Shown one piece after another: positions 48,701 through 63,579 of a DNA stretch of 64,000 nt. The first letter of the stretch is position 1. Every line of letters begins with the position of its first letter. The notes under the pieces were generated by a model that saw only the letters and a program-made list of their open reading frames with translations, was not told where the DNA came from and did not search any database. The translations under genes and the position numbers were made by a program. This DNA is from Octopus sinensis (taxonomy: Eukaryota): assembly GCF_006345805.1 (NCBI RefSeq), contig NC_043016.1, positions 29,698,001 through 29,762,000 of the forward strand, read 5' to 3'.

Positions 48701-50022
48701 GTTAGAATCCCACCAAGGTTGACATTTTCCTTTCATCCTTTCAGGGTCAATAAAATAAGCATTTGTTGAGCACTTTGATGGGATCAATGCAATCAGCTTC
48801 CCTACTTCTCTAAAAAAAATTCCTGACCATGTGCCAAAATTAAAAAGAACTATTTTTATTATTGGTTAAAATTATAATAGTGAGACTAGTTTTAATTGCA
48901 ATGATAATTTTTGATGATTAGTTTTTTTCCAGTCAGTGTCTGCTAATAGATATCTATTCTTCTCCTTCCTCCTCACATTCAACTCAACTAACTCTCCATT
49001 CTCAATCCATTTTATTTTATCTTATCATCATCATATATTTCCCTTTTACCCTTTTTTAAAATTTTCTTTGTCAGTGACAACATAATTCTTCAATTATTTG
49101 CTGCTGCTGTGGTTGTCTAAGTGTATGTGTGCATATACACACACACACATGCATATATTTATTTGTATGTATGTTTGCATGTGTTTATATATATGTGTGT
49201 GTGTGTTTATATGCCATTTCGCCTGTTGCTCCACTCCTACAAGAATGTATGTATGTTTCCCTTATGTTGCTGCTCTATGCTAGCTTATATCACATTTATG
49301 TCATTCCCTACAGAGCCGACAATAGATGGCTGGCTGATGGCACCCGTCCCTTTAGTGAGGAGGGAAAGAAAATTCTCTGGCCACCCTCAAGACTGTCTTA
49401 TTGCTTTCACAACATTACACTGCTATTGCCCAACACCATCCCATGCACGCACACACATACACATGACAATGTCTACTTGACATTATTAAGACAACCAGTT
49501 AATATTATGAGGGCGGTGGATTGACAGAATTGGTGATGCTTTAGACAAAGCACCTTGTAGTAACTGGTCCCAGAAACCTTTTTCATTCTGAGATCAAATC
49601 CTATTAAGGTTTTTTTTCATCTCTTTGTTTTTCTTTTTTTGATTTTTTTTTTTTTACATAGCCTTTCATCTTTTTAATGTTGATAAAATAAGATACCAGT
49701 TGACTACTGGTGTTAACATAAATTATCTATTCCTTTTCCTCTCCCTCCACAAAATTTCTGGCCTTGTGTATATGTAACAAATTATCATTATGATCATTCT
49801 CACCCTCATCATCGTCGTCATTATTATTATTATAATTTTTTAAATATTTATCTCAAAACAACTTTTTTTGTTTCTTTTGTTCTTTTTACTAAAATATACC
49901 ATGCTTTTCCCTTTTACAGCAAATAATCTTTATAAATATCATCTATTATTTCAGAAACTTTCTTATATATATGTGTGTGTGGTGTGTATATGTATATGTA
50001 TGTATACCTATATGTATGTATG

Positions 50023-50080
<58 letters not shown>

Positions 50081-51459
50081 GTGTGTGTTATATATACTAT
50101 ACATTATATATATACACACACACACATATATGTGTATATGGTGTGTATGTATATATATATATATATTATGAATATGTACATACACACATCTATATACATG
50201 TACATATTTGAGTGCATGTATACACACACACTCAAATTTGTTTTCCCCCCCTCTCATTCTTACCCCTCTCAAATTTTAATGACACCTATTTGCATATTTA
50301 ACTATTTATTCACATATGTATTTATTTATTTATTTAATTTATTCATCAACATATTTATTTCATTTTTTTTTTTCTGAATCCACCAAAATTTTATTGTTAA
50401 TCCTTAATTCATTTCTTTACTCAATCCTCTTACCACTACCACCACCTCCATCACCAACCCTGCCCTGTTTTCTATTTATGTCCATGCCAACCTGATCCTC
50501 AAACCAATCTTATACACTCTACAGCCAATTCAGTTTCCACCATCAACCATCATCATCATCATCATCATTACCATCATCGACATCATCAGCTTCATCATCA
50601 TCATCCTTTCTTCTTATTATTATTTTTCAAAAACCCACTTAAAAAGAAAAAAAAACTTCAAAAAATGAAAAAAATAAAAAAAAAAATACAGAAGAAAAAA
50701 CACTTTTTTTTACATTTTTTATTTTTCATATTTCTTGTTTTATTCCTTCTTTCTTTCTTTATCTTTTATTTATTTTTCTTTTAGTAATTTTAGCACAAGA
50801 CTAATCTTTTTATTTTATTTTTTTGCAACCCTAATGTAGGGGCTTTTATTTCTTCAGAATTTTATAAACTATAACATATCTGAGGAGTATTATTTTTATT
50901 ATTATTATTATTACTATTATTATTATTATTATTATTACTATTATATAATTTTCTTCATCTTCTTTATTAAGTTAGGTTTCTGCAATAAGGACAGAATTGA
51001 AAAAAGAAAAAAAACATTTCTTTCTTAAAAATTTTTTTTTTTTTTAAGCAGTTCCTTTTTCATTATTCTTATTTATCTTCCTTTCAATCTGCTTAATTTT
51101 ATGATTATTAGTTATAGGCTCAAGCTAAAAGATTTATTAAAAATGGGTGCCAGAAAAGAAAGAAAAAAAAAAATAATGGCTCGCTACATTTTTTTCTGGC
51201 ACTTCATATTCTGAGTTCAAATGTTCAAAGTAACCAACTGACTCCTCCCCACAAATTTCAGGACTTGTGCCTATGTTTGACAGGACTATTGTTATTATTT
51301 TGTACTTAAAGCAAATGACTCTTGTAATATTTCAGTATTCAGTCTCATCGATGGCAATTTACATTTAAAGAAAAAAAAAAGACCTTTTTTTTTTTTTTGG
51401 CAGTGCACTAATCCAGCATATATATACATACATACATACATATATATATATATATACAT

Positions 51460-51491
<32 letters not shown>

Positions 51492-52671
51492 GCAAATATA
51501 TATACATATATATATGCAGTCATCCGTCCATCGGATCCGTCCGTTTTAAGCCTATCCATTTCCATTAGCTGTTAAGTTGGTTCAGACTACTGTTGGCCAT
51601 GCTGGAGCACTGCCACTACAAATAAGTTCAGTCTAGACAGAAATAAAATATTTTTCTTAAATTTGCATTTTTTTTTTAGGTACTCTATGCCTGTCTGTTA
51701 GTATTGTAAAGCCTGGGAATGGTTAATGGTGAGGTTGACTAACATTGGAAGTGGTAAACACTGGGATTAGTTGATACAGGGACTAGTTAACGATGAAATT
51801 GGTTAGCACGGTAATCAACTGAGATTAGTTAACTAGTTTGTTAAATAATTGTCTTGTGTTGAATCTTGTCACAACCTTCATTTAATTTAGATGATTATAT
51901 ACCCTTGTTAGGATTTCTCCCGATACTGTTCTAGACCATAAACTCATTGCTTCTAATGCTACGTCTTTAATAATTTAAGGAAACACTTCAAATTAAAACA
52001 ATTTTTAAAAAAAAATTTTTTTTTTTCTTCTTTTTTTTGGAATAGAAATTTTCACATTGGCTTCAGTTCTTGCAGCAGTTATGCTTATTCTTTTGTCTTT
52101 GCCACAAACCATTTTTTTAAAAAAGCATCGCAGAATCTAAACCATTATGTTACATGACCGAATCAGTGGCACTATAAACAATTAGTGTTATACAAATCCA
52201 AGATAATGTTGTCTCCCAATCCAAACGAGAACTGAATAGAAAAGAAAAAAAACATTTACCCCACCCCATCCCATGTTTCAACCCCCACCCCCACCTTGTT
52301 CTCAGAAATCTTAATTTCATATTTAATTACTCCAGTTCATTTCCTTATTTATTATATCTATTTTTATTAAAGAATTTTCTTATAATTCCTTATTTTCACT
52401 TTAAGATTTTGTTTTTGTTTTCTTTGCTTTGACTTCTTTTTTTTCTTCTTCTTCTTTCCTTTCACTGCAAATTTACATCTAATCTGACCTCAGTCTTATG
52501 TTCACACTTCTCCATTTCTTCAATCTCGAAACCTTTGCTCTGCCCCCTACCCACACTTAAATTATTTCTTTTTTTTTTTTCAATTCCCCCCTATTCAGTT
52601 TTCTGAATTTCAAACTAAAATATTGTGGTGTATACAAACATTATTTATATATATATATATTATGTGTATAT

Positions 52672-52789
<118 letters not shown>

Positions 52790-53223
52790 TGTGTGTGTGT
52801 GTGATATATATATATGTATGTGTGTGTGTGTATGTATGTATGTACATTTTATCATTTTTAATTACAAGAAAGCTACAAAAGTGTCTCAAGGGCCAAGAGT
52901 TTGTCAGAATGTTTTTTTGATAAGTGCCATGTATGAAACTCTAACCCCTTGAGTCATTTATAATTTTCTTTCAATTAAAAAAAAGTATATATGTATGTGT
53001 GTGTATGCTCATATATGTATGCATAAGCATGTTTATGCATTTATATGTATATATATATGTGTGTGTGTACACAAATGCACATGAATGTACATTCATGCCA
53101 GAATTTGTTCAATGCTAATGATTCATTTTTGGTGTTACTCAGAGTTTATTTATTCTTCTTTCTTTTGTAATTTGTTCAGTCTTATACAAAATCCTTGTAT
53201 ATCCAAAAGTAATGTGTGTGTAT

Positions 53224-53256
<33 letters not shown>

Positions 53257-53916
53257 CACATACACATATATGTGTATGTATGTATGCGTGATTGTGTGTA
53301 TATATATATATATATAAACATATATATATATAAACATAGGATAGTGGTACAACAATGCACCGGTATTTACTGGAAATAACAGATGATAATATACGATGCT
53401 ATAGTAAAGTGTCACTGTATGTATATGTATATATATATAATAAAGGTGGCTTATTCGCAATTTACAACCGATAGGCATAACTATAGATGTCACTAAAGTT
53501 ATATATACATACATACACACACATATATATATATGTATGTATGTATGTATATAACTATATATGTGTGTGTGTGTACATATGTGTATGTATATATATATAT
53601 ATATATATTTGCATACACATGTATGATTGAATAAAACAATGATTAAAATTGTTTTGTAGCAAATATGCTCACACTCACTGTACTTGGCTGCGAAAAAGAT
53701 GCACATGCTCAGCACTGGTGCATAAATAACACTGAATCTTTTTTGTCTGGTATTTTCCAGCTTTTCAGCATTCTGCAGACCATGAGTGGCACACATTTGT
53801 ATCACGCTATGCTAGTTGGAAATACCTGGTGTGTGTGTGTGTGTGTCTGTGTCAATGTTTATCATTGTTGCTTACGTTTTTTTGGTTCTGCATCTGTATA
53901 TGAAATTGTGAACATG

Positions 53917-53950
<34 letters not shown>

Positions 53951-54449
53951 CATGTGCACATGAATGGGTATGTGTTTGTGTATGTTTGCATATGTATGTA
54001 TGTATGTATGTCTTTATTATGGATGCATGTATGGACGTATGTATAAATATGCTTTTGCATTATCTAACTACCTCATTGTCAGTGTTTTAGTTCTCATTGG
54101 GTTTTTTTTTCTTTTTATCTATCCGTCCGTCTCTTTCTCACGCATTCAATTATTCTTCCGTTACACACATACACACATTTACAAATGTGTGTGTGTAGTA
54201 ATTATGTGCACACACACACATGCACACACGCACACACACTCAGAGGCATTTCGCAGAAATGTAGATTATTAGAAAATAGTATATATGTAAGTGCTTGTAT
54301 GTGCGTGTGTTTGTGCATGTTTGTATGTATATACATGTATGTACATATATACATATGTTAATGCCAAATTAAACTGTCTTAAATAGAATTTATATATATA
54401 TATATATATACATACACGCATATTATATACATACATATATACATGTATG

Positions 54450-54506
<57 letters not shown>

Positions 54507-54755
54507 TATGTATGTATATATATATGTGTAAGTGTGTGTTCTAATTAGTATTTTAATCAGGTTGTGGAAATGAATCTCCAAAAAATAGGGTTTCTTTTTT
54601 TTTTTTTTTTTTTGTTTAATAAATTCTCTAATGTTACCGTTTAGGTTTAAGGAATCAAAGCTACCATGTAAGAAAAATATTTCGGCATCCTGATGTCCAT
54701 TCATGACTTTAATTAATGTTATTAATTAAATTAGATTAACCGCAGCAGCAGCAGC

Positions 54756-54801
<46 letters not shown>

Positions 54802-55590
54802 TATTATTATTATTATTATTATCGTCATCATCATCATCATCAATGCCATTCTTGAGACATGTTTTAGAATATGTCTGGATAATCTTGGTTTAACAGGATT
54901 ATGTATCCAGACAATCATGTTTTCATTTTTTTTTATATTTATCTTTCATTTTCTATTTTATTTTACTTTTTTACTCCCCCATTTCTTAACAATTTTGTCC
55001 TTTAAGCAGATATAACTTGATTTTCTCTTTTTCTTTTTTTTTTTGTTCATTCTTTACATTTTTATCTATTTTTTTCCTTAGATTTCTCTATTTTTTACTT
55101 GAAAGCCTATTACACACCATACTTTCATCTTGTCTAAAAAAAACCTCACATCTGTACAGTAACTATGCCTATGACCCTTAACGATGTGTAAGCTATTAAA
55201 TAAATTAAGTTAAGGGTCCTAGTCGTTTCAAGTGTGACTGATCAAATATTATTTTAAAAATATCCATTGCAGAAAAAAAAAATAAAATAAAATAAAAAAT
55301 ATTATTTTTGGTATTTACTAACATGTAGGTACCGAACATCTTATTACATACAAAATGTCTTGTGAATGTTGCATAATTTAAAAAACAACTGTATTAAGGT
55401 ATTTCTATGTGGACTTTGACAGTAGTGATAATAAAAATACATATTCACAGATTTTGCTACTTTTTTTTACTTTTCACAATTTCTTTTATTTTTTTATTTT
55501 TTTGCTTTTGCTCTATTTTTCTAATTTTTTTAATTACTATTTATGATTCATCATTATCATCAAACTCATCATCATTGCTACCTAATACTT

Positions 55591-55784
55591 TTTTACTTGT
55601 TTCAGTCATTTGACTGCGGCCATGCTAGAGCACCGCCTTTTTATCGAGCAAATCGACATCAGGACTTATTCTTTGTAACCCTAGTACTTATTCTATCTGT
55701 CTCTTTTGCCAAACTGCTAAGTTACAGAAACGTAAACACACCAGCATCGGTTGTCAAGCAATGTTGGTGAGACAAACACAGACA

Positions 55785-55825
<41 letters not shown>

Positions 55826-56000
55826 CTACATATATACGATGGGCTTCTTTCAGTTTCCGTCTACCAAATCCACTCACAAGGCTTTGGTCAACCCGAAGCA
55901 ATAGTAGAAAACACTTGCCCAAGGTGCCATGCAGTGGGATTGAACCCGGAACCATGTGGTTGGTAAGCAAGCTACTTACCACACAGCAACTCCTACGCCT
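55591..56000 (-). mobile_element. tRNA-derived CORE-type SINE, full length
   Basis: Reverse-complement copy of the 4946-5350 family. Confidence 0.8.
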
Positions 56001-58129
56001 ATAAATACAATCTTATAAAAGAAAGAAATGCAGTATTCCTTTGTGTATGAACAGCGGCTTTTCTTGTGGCGTAGGAAATTTAATGAAGACCATTTTGTCA
56101 TCTTTTAGTAAAGCTAATTAACGCACAAAGCCAGTAATTTTCAAGAGAGTAGGTTGGCCGACACTGTCTAGTATTTCGTGCTTGCATTGGTTGGATGGAA
56201 TGATGGAATTTCTTGAGACAGATTTTTCTACATCAGGATGCCCTTCCTGTTGCCAATCTCCACTTGCCCATGACCAGACATGTTTTCATGGAAGATTGAA
56301 AATAAGCAATACTGCTTGTGTGAGTGTAATGCTCATAATTATCATATGAAGACATGACAAGGAGACTCATGCACGCATACACATATATATCATTGAGTCA
56401 ACCAGACTATTGGATATTGTTATACACCACTGATCACAAGGCACTTCCTTACATTGTTGTTGTTGAATGATGTCACCCTGCTGGCTAGGTAGATGGCCCT
56501 ACTTCACCCACAGAACATGGCACCAGTCTGTCACAGGGTTACCCATTTAGAGCTGAAAGGACTGGAGCAATGTGAATTAAAGTGTTTTTCTTGAAGAATA
56601 CAATACACAAACTAGTCTGAGAATCGAAACCACAATCTTGTGATCTTGATTGCAATACCCTAACCACTAAGCCACGTACATTCACATATATACATGCATA
56701 CATATACAATGTGCTGCTATTTGGTTTCTGTCCACCAAATCTATTCAAGGTTTTGGTACCATTGGAATGATTTGTACATCAATATTAATCAAAAAGATCC
56801 AGATTATTATATTACAGTGCTCCACAACGAGTATGCCACGGAACATTGGTGTGCCATGAGACAATGCTGAGACACTGTGTGCCACAGTGTAACTTGAATA
56901 TAATTTTTTCCCTATATTTTTAGTTCAAGTGTGTTGACAAATTTTGAAAAGAATATAAGTGTACCAATAAAAGGCAATACAACAGCAGAATCATTAGCAG
57001 CATCAGACCAAACACTTTGTGATATTTGTTCTGACTCTTTACCACAACAGGGTCAGCTTTACCTTTCATTGTTTTGAGGTCAATAAATAAATTATCAGTG
57101 AATTACTGGGTTTGATTTGATTGGCTAATCCCCTTGGCCCTATTTTTCATTTTTGTTTGTTTTTGTTCTGTTAAGGGGTGGCGTTGCCTATGACCATTTC
57201 AGGGTCTCCATGACTGATAAAAGAGGAAAGACAGAAGAGAGGAGTTTGTCCTCAAACTGGAGAGCTGGTACGAATTCTTACAACAGAGTGGACTCCCCTA
57301 AAGCCCCCCCCCTCCCAAGATTCCAGATGGTAGTATTAAACTGGATAACAGACAAAATCTATCACTCAGGTAGGCCATGATGGGATTTGAACATAGAATA
57401 CTAAGAGCCCTGACCAACTACCACAAAGCATCTGGTTTGACATTCTTATGGTCCCACAAATCTACTGAAAGTATTAAATATAAGAATATGATTCCAGTCA
57501 TGCAATATTTTAGAATTATTTTCTCTTAACCCTTTAGCATTTAAACCGGCCATATCTGGCCAAAAGTATTCTGCCTGTTTTATGTTCAAACTGGCCAGAT
57601 CTGGTCTCTCACACCAGCCCTACAATATCGTTTTAAAAATTAACAGCTACCTCATCAAAATCTCAAAGCTACAAGATAATGCATAGTAATTAATCTTCTC
57701 CATACGAAGACAAATTACGTGTTACACAGGTAAGCTAATTAGTTAAAGTGGAGAGTAGAAGTCTACGAAATGCTAATTCATTGCAGGGTTAAAATTACAT
57801 CTACACTGGGAAGTGCTTTGCTAAAGCAGACAACAAACTGCCCACTTCAAGAATTGAACCCACAACCTACCTGAGAGCTGGACACCTTAACCACAGGACA
57901 CTTATCTTCATTAATTGCTAATATTACGTACAAAGTTAACATTGACTTATTAGTGGAGGGAATTTATTCTTAGTTATGTATGTTATTTCTTCCAAAAGTG
58001 AAGATCACCACTAAATAGACAATCCAAATAATTTATGCACACAAAGGATTTATTTGATGTATGAGATGAATTGTTGGGAAACACTTTGTACTTGAGATCA
58101 TCCACAGAGTTAACAATAGAAGAAAATGG

Positions 58130-59080
58130 CTACACTTCCATTTCTCCTGCAGCATCGAGAGGCACCTTACCATCGCCAAATGTCAAAATGTCCTGTGCAA
58201 ACTTTGCAGACATTTGATCACCGTGTAGTTGTGCTCTCATGTTAGTGGTAAGACTCAGGATCATAACACGATGCCACAGGGAAGAGGACTTTAGGCATGC
58301 TTGAACTTCATCAGCTCTAGAGCCTTTTGGAATGACAGGAAGAGTTTGCCTGAAATCACCTGACAACAGAAGCGTTACACCCCATTGGAGCCTGACAGTC
58401 TTGGATGTCTTTCAGGGCTCTATCGAATGCTTCCAAAGCTCCCTTGTGAGCCATGGTGCACTCATCCCAGACGATTAGATGACACTTTTTAGGACCTGCC
58501 CCTGATCTGAGCTTTTGCTGATGTTGCATGAAGGTATTGCAGATGCTGCTAAATTCAGAGGGATTTTAAAAATCAAGTGTGCTGTCCTACCATTGGGTAA
58601 CAAAGTAGCTGCAATCCCAGATGAAGCCACAGCTACTGAGATGTCCTGGTGCTGCCTCACTTCTACAAGGTAAAGCTATGTAACAAATGTTTTTCCTGTC
58701 CCTCCAGGAGCACCCAGGAATAAGATTCCTTCCTCACCTTGGCGTACGCTGTTAAGAATAGTTCTGTAGGCATGCTGCTGGTCCGGATGTAATTTTGGCT
58801 TGTTTCCAGCAACTTACTTGGAAAGTGCTTCAGTGTCATAGGATGTTTCATGAAGGGCAGCAGTGGGAAGGCTATTTGAACCTGACCTGAATGTTTGTGG
58901 CAGGCCATGTGTGGGTAATTCATTTCTACCCAGTGTAGCAATTCTGTCTTCAATGTCAATCAGAGCTCTGTTGTAGACTTCATTGCCAATATCCTCCATG
59001 TCAAGATAAAGCAGTTGAGATTGCTGCTTAAAGTCTTCAGCCAGGTTGTCTCTGTGTTTTGAGCCATAGAGTGGCAGGCT
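58130..59080 (-). pseudogene. Helitron RepHel relic: PIF1-type helicase N-half
   Basis: NLAEDF...RALIDIED..., LGAPGGTGKTF (Walker A), VAVASSGIAATLLPNGRTAH, IVWDECTMAHK (Walker B), SGDFRQTLPVIPKGSRADEVQACLKSS; stops and frameshifts present. Confidence 0.9.
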
Positions 59081-60479
59081 CACACATTTCGCATGTCTGT
59101 AGTAATACTGCAAATAGTTTTATTCCTTAGTGAAATGCATGGTATTTGTAGCATGTCCTGCTACCGCTGAACAGGTATTTGCGATAAAGGACATGCCGCT
59201 ATCGCAAATAGCTGTTACATGGTAGAAGCGCGTGCTAAAAACAGCAGCCAAATCTTTCATTTTCTGTAGAAAGGAGCCATTTATGTGGTGAGAGTCCTCA
59301 AACTTTCGGGAGAAAATTCAAGGCCCTCCACCACAACCCCCACTTTGTTTCTGAAGTAAAATAGGAGGTTTGTGGTATATTAGGAGTTCAGGGTACTTGA
59401 TTTTTTTTCCCCTTTAGTGAAACGTGTGCGGGTGCATTTATCAAAATTTATCCCATTTATGAATGAAAAAGGTTATGTACTGAATTCAGCAGAATGAATA
59501 AATTTTACTTGATCAGTATTGCTATGTAACAGCGTTGTCATCAATTATAATGGTTGTTGAAATGAATCAATATGAATGACTCCAGAAAATAAGGACAAGT
59601 TGATCAAAAGTTTAGAACAGCAAATGTTTTTATTGACCATTACAATTTATCAAATGCTTACCACGACGGATAAGTGAAATATATTGATAATCAAAATCAA
59701 GAGAGGGAAATGTAACAGCAGATTTGTATAAACAGGGTGTTGTGTTGGGTGTCTGGAAATTTGGTTGGCCTTCTATGTTTTTATCATGTAATTTGTAGTA
59801 GCAGGACAGAAATTGATAGAGAAATGTTAACGGCAAGGTGAGAGAAATGATAAGAGCAAAGGAGAAAGTGGTTATGAATTGCGTACCGAATTTTGTTGTT
59901 TTCCTCGACATTAATTTTGGGTGTTGTTTGTCAATGCGTGGCTGCTCTGTCATTTTTATAAGAAATCAGACAGCTAGAAGGATGAAGATATCAGTGGTGC
60001 TATAGTCGTGTGGGGTTGTTTGAACTCTCTGTATGCTAGTAAGGTTAGAGGTCAAGTGGATGACAATATACTTCACTTGACAAGCTAGCATCTGGTTAAT
60101 GTGTCTCTTACCATCTTCCATTGTCCCATCTTGAGAAATATGTTTCATTTCTCTGCCCTGGGAAGCAAATGAGAATGAAATATAAGGGGACAATGTTTTT
60201 GAGATTCCGGTTCAAATCTAAGGGCTGAAAGGGTTCCCAACAGCTATTAGTAGCAGTAGAAAAATGTTGATGACGAGAAGTTATAAAAGAGTAAGTAAAT
60301 GTGTGTAAAACAGACCACGAGTAGAGTTAGATTCTGTCCTGTTGGACAGAAGCTGTTGAATGGGAAACAACCATACACCATACAGGGTGTTCGGGAATGA
60401 ACAACGGAAGCACAATATTAAATGTTAATGCTAGTGGACAGAGTTGTAAGAATGAAGAAATAGTACTGGAAGAATGGTT

Positions 60480-61490
60480 GTAGCAGAGAAGATAGAAGAG
60501 AAGCTAAGTAACTGGTATATTTAGCTGGGGGTGAAGCAGGAAGGAAGAAGTTTGCCAATGTTCTGTGGCATTAGGACTCGTGGGATGTGGTGTCCTGAAT
60601 TGCAAGATGATGTAGGAGAGAAGTGTACACTTGCACTTAGTCTTCAAAGAAAGAGTCATGGAAACGCCTTGGACAGAAGTAATTATATAGGTACCAAATT
60701 TCTGGACCAGGTCATGAAGGTTACAGAAAGGGTCATAGCTCATTTAATAAGGAAGAGAGTAAGCCTGGTGAGATGCAGTTTGGTTTTGTGTCATGGAGAA
60801 GCACTATTAATGTTATCTTCCTAGTAAGGCATCTGTAGGAAAAGCATTTAGCAAAACCTAAACCACTGAACTTGGTACTTGTCAACACAAAGAAATCCTT
60901 CATGGGGTCCCTTGCTCTCTTACCTGGTGGTCAATGTGGAAGCTAGAAACAGATCAATGGTTGGTGTTCAAGCCATGTACAGCAATGCTGTCAGGGAAGA
61001 GAAAGTCAGCCATAGGCATAGCAATGAATTTAGTGTGCAAGTAGAATTTCACCAAGGATAAATTCTCAGTCCCCTCTTATTTCTTTACTACCCACAAGGA
61101 GCTAAAAAACAGAGAGGGGACAAACAAGGACAGACAAAGGGATTAAGTCGATTACATCGACCACAGTGCATAACTGGTACTTAATTTATCGACCTCGAAA
61201 AGATGAAAGGCAAAGTTGACCTCGGCAGAATTTGAACTCAGAATGTAAAGGCAGACAGGATGTAGTGTGCAAGGGAGTAAAATATGCTGGTATGGTCATG
61301 TGATGCATGATGGATGAAGACAACTGTATAAAGAAGTGTCAATCTCTAATTGTGGAGCGAACCTGGGAAAGAGTAGACCTAAGAAACATAGGATGAAGTG
61401 GTAAGAAATAATCTTCAGATATTGAGACTCACAGAGGAGATGACAAAGGGCTGAAACATCAGACATTTTGCTGCAAGACCATACAAGCAT
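60480..61490 (+). mobile_element. RTE/RTE-X LINE reverse-transcriptase relic with internal deletions, split by a SINE
   Basis: GNALDRSNYIGTKFLDQVMKVTERVI, MQFGFV, VQAMY, EFHQG..LSPLLF; after the SINE (61083-61255) the C-terminal ..WYGHVM..CIKKCQSLIV..GKSRPKK. Confidence 0.85.
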
Positions 61491-62311
61491 GTTCTTTATG
61501 TCCATACCCCTCTCTGTACACAAACAGAATCTGTCCCCCATCAAAACTCCTCCACAACCCATCTTCCAAACCCACCTTCCTCCCACCTATGATGAGATCA
61601 CAACCTCCTGCATGCCCCTCAACTCTCCCTCATGTGTCTACCCACATACAATTATTCTCAATGTCCCCACATATCTACATAGATCCTTCTGGGCCACTCT
61701 CATGATCATTTGCTACAATCAATTCTTCCCCATCTTTAACCCTGACCCTCCTACTTTTATGAAACATCCCCATTTATCCCCCCACCCCACCCACTCCCCC
61801 GGTCCAATTCTGTGTGTCATTTCACCTTCACCTACTTTTCTCTGTATATGTATATCTCTTACATTGAGTGCATGTATGTTTATATATGTGTGTGTGTGCA
61901 CATGCAGGTGCATGAGTCAGTATCTATGCATCGATATGCGTGTAAAGAATTTCATTTGAGCAACAGAGTCAAAAACAGTCAGCTCAGGAACTACTTGAAC
62001 AGAGAAGTAATAGAATTTTTGATATATGAACACGAGCCTCCATCGCATGGTCTCAGGAAACACCCAAGCATAGAATGTATTGATTAGATGATAAGCACAC
62101 AAGAGCCTCTGTCACACAGACTCAAGAGACGATGTACCATTTCAATTCAAATGACTTCAATTTCCGGCAAGTCTCTGTTTTGCCATGGCCTCAACAAATC
62201 GCAAGGACAAACATTTTTGGTTACCTATTTACACTTTGAAGAACTCTGCTTCACCCGTGGTCAGCTTTGTGTTGAATGGTCAAGAGTAGGTAGTAAAAAA
62301 AAATAAATGTG

Positions 62312-62779
62312 GTGCTACTTTGGTGTGTGATCTACAAAGGAGATTACTTTAGCTTACTTTTTAGTTTACTCTTCAATTTCAAAAACTCGTAAAATGTTGG
62401 CCGAAGACTTTTTACAATGTGATCAGCAGTGAGACGAAGGCAGTTGCATTTTTACAAGAAACCAGCACTAAATTCACATCATTTCTTTAAAAAAACCCAG
62501 AAAGGTGCCATTTTGGCATGTGATCTACAATTTAAAGGGAAATTACTTTAGGTTACGTTTTAGTTTACTTTGTGTTGATGCTACTTTCCTTGTGATCCAC
62601 GTGAGAAAATTTACTTTGGTAGGTGATCTACATGCTTTTTTAAAATTATTTTATGGTTTTCTTATTATTAAAATAGTAAGAATTTTGAAAAAATATATTC
62701 ACAATGCTAAATATCCACCAAATATTTTTAAAAGTAGCTTAAAGTAATCTCCCTTGTAGATTACATGCCAAAATAACAC
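62312..62779. mobile_element. Non-autonomous DNA transposon with about 50-bp TIRs
   Basis: GTGCTACTTTGGTGTGTGATCTACAAAGGAGATTACTTT at left; the right end reverse-complements to GTGTTATTTTGGCATGTAATCTACAAGGGAGATTACTTT; TGTGATCTAC is repeated internally. Confidence 0.7.
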
Positions 62780-63579
62780 TGAAAAGTCTTTACATCTATA
62801 AACCAAGGGGGAAAAGAAATTGTGTCTGGATCAAGAGACTTATCAGTCGGGGAACACATGGTCTGATATGAAGAAAAAGAGAGAAGAAAGAAAAAGAAAA
62901 AGTAAATTTGAAATAAAGGAATTCTGTTGTGAAAATTGCCTGGTAATGACGGACTACTCACCTAATATTTATATAATCATTACAATTGATATATGTAGTG
63001 GTACATCATCATCATATTCATCATTTAACATCTGCGTTGAAAATACATAGAGTATAAGAAGATTTGTTTGTTTGTTTGTTTGTCTGTGGACAAGATATCT
63101 CAAGAACCGTTGGATGGATTCAGACAAGACTTTCAGGGTTAATCCTGAAAACTTTATCCAGAAAGCCTCACAGTGTACCTTTTGTTGTGTCTGTATTAAA
63201 AGATAGGCGCGCATCTGCTTTTCACTGATTGAAAAGTGAAGGAAATGATTACTTAATGCACTTTGTATACTTTATGCAAAATTTTATAGACTTAATGCAC
63301 AGCACTCATAAAATAAATATTCACTTTTATTTTTCCATTTTTTTCTTCCATAAACAGAAAAAAATTACATTTTCAAATTTACATGGTCACAATTTTATAC
63401 CTAGAAAACAAAAATTTTATAGTAAAAAAATTATTTTATATGTAAAATATAGGAGGTCACAATTTCACGGGGTTAAAAATTGAATGCAGCATGGTATACT
63501 CTGAAAACCACATCGTTGGTAACTTATTAGCCAAGATGATGGGTCAGAGCCAATACACATTGCAGTTAGCATACACCTT

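Noticed and set aside
59630-60193. ORFs of 107 and 75 aa on the - strand
   Set aside because: No recognisable domain or splice structure; kept only as possible Helitron-captured DNA
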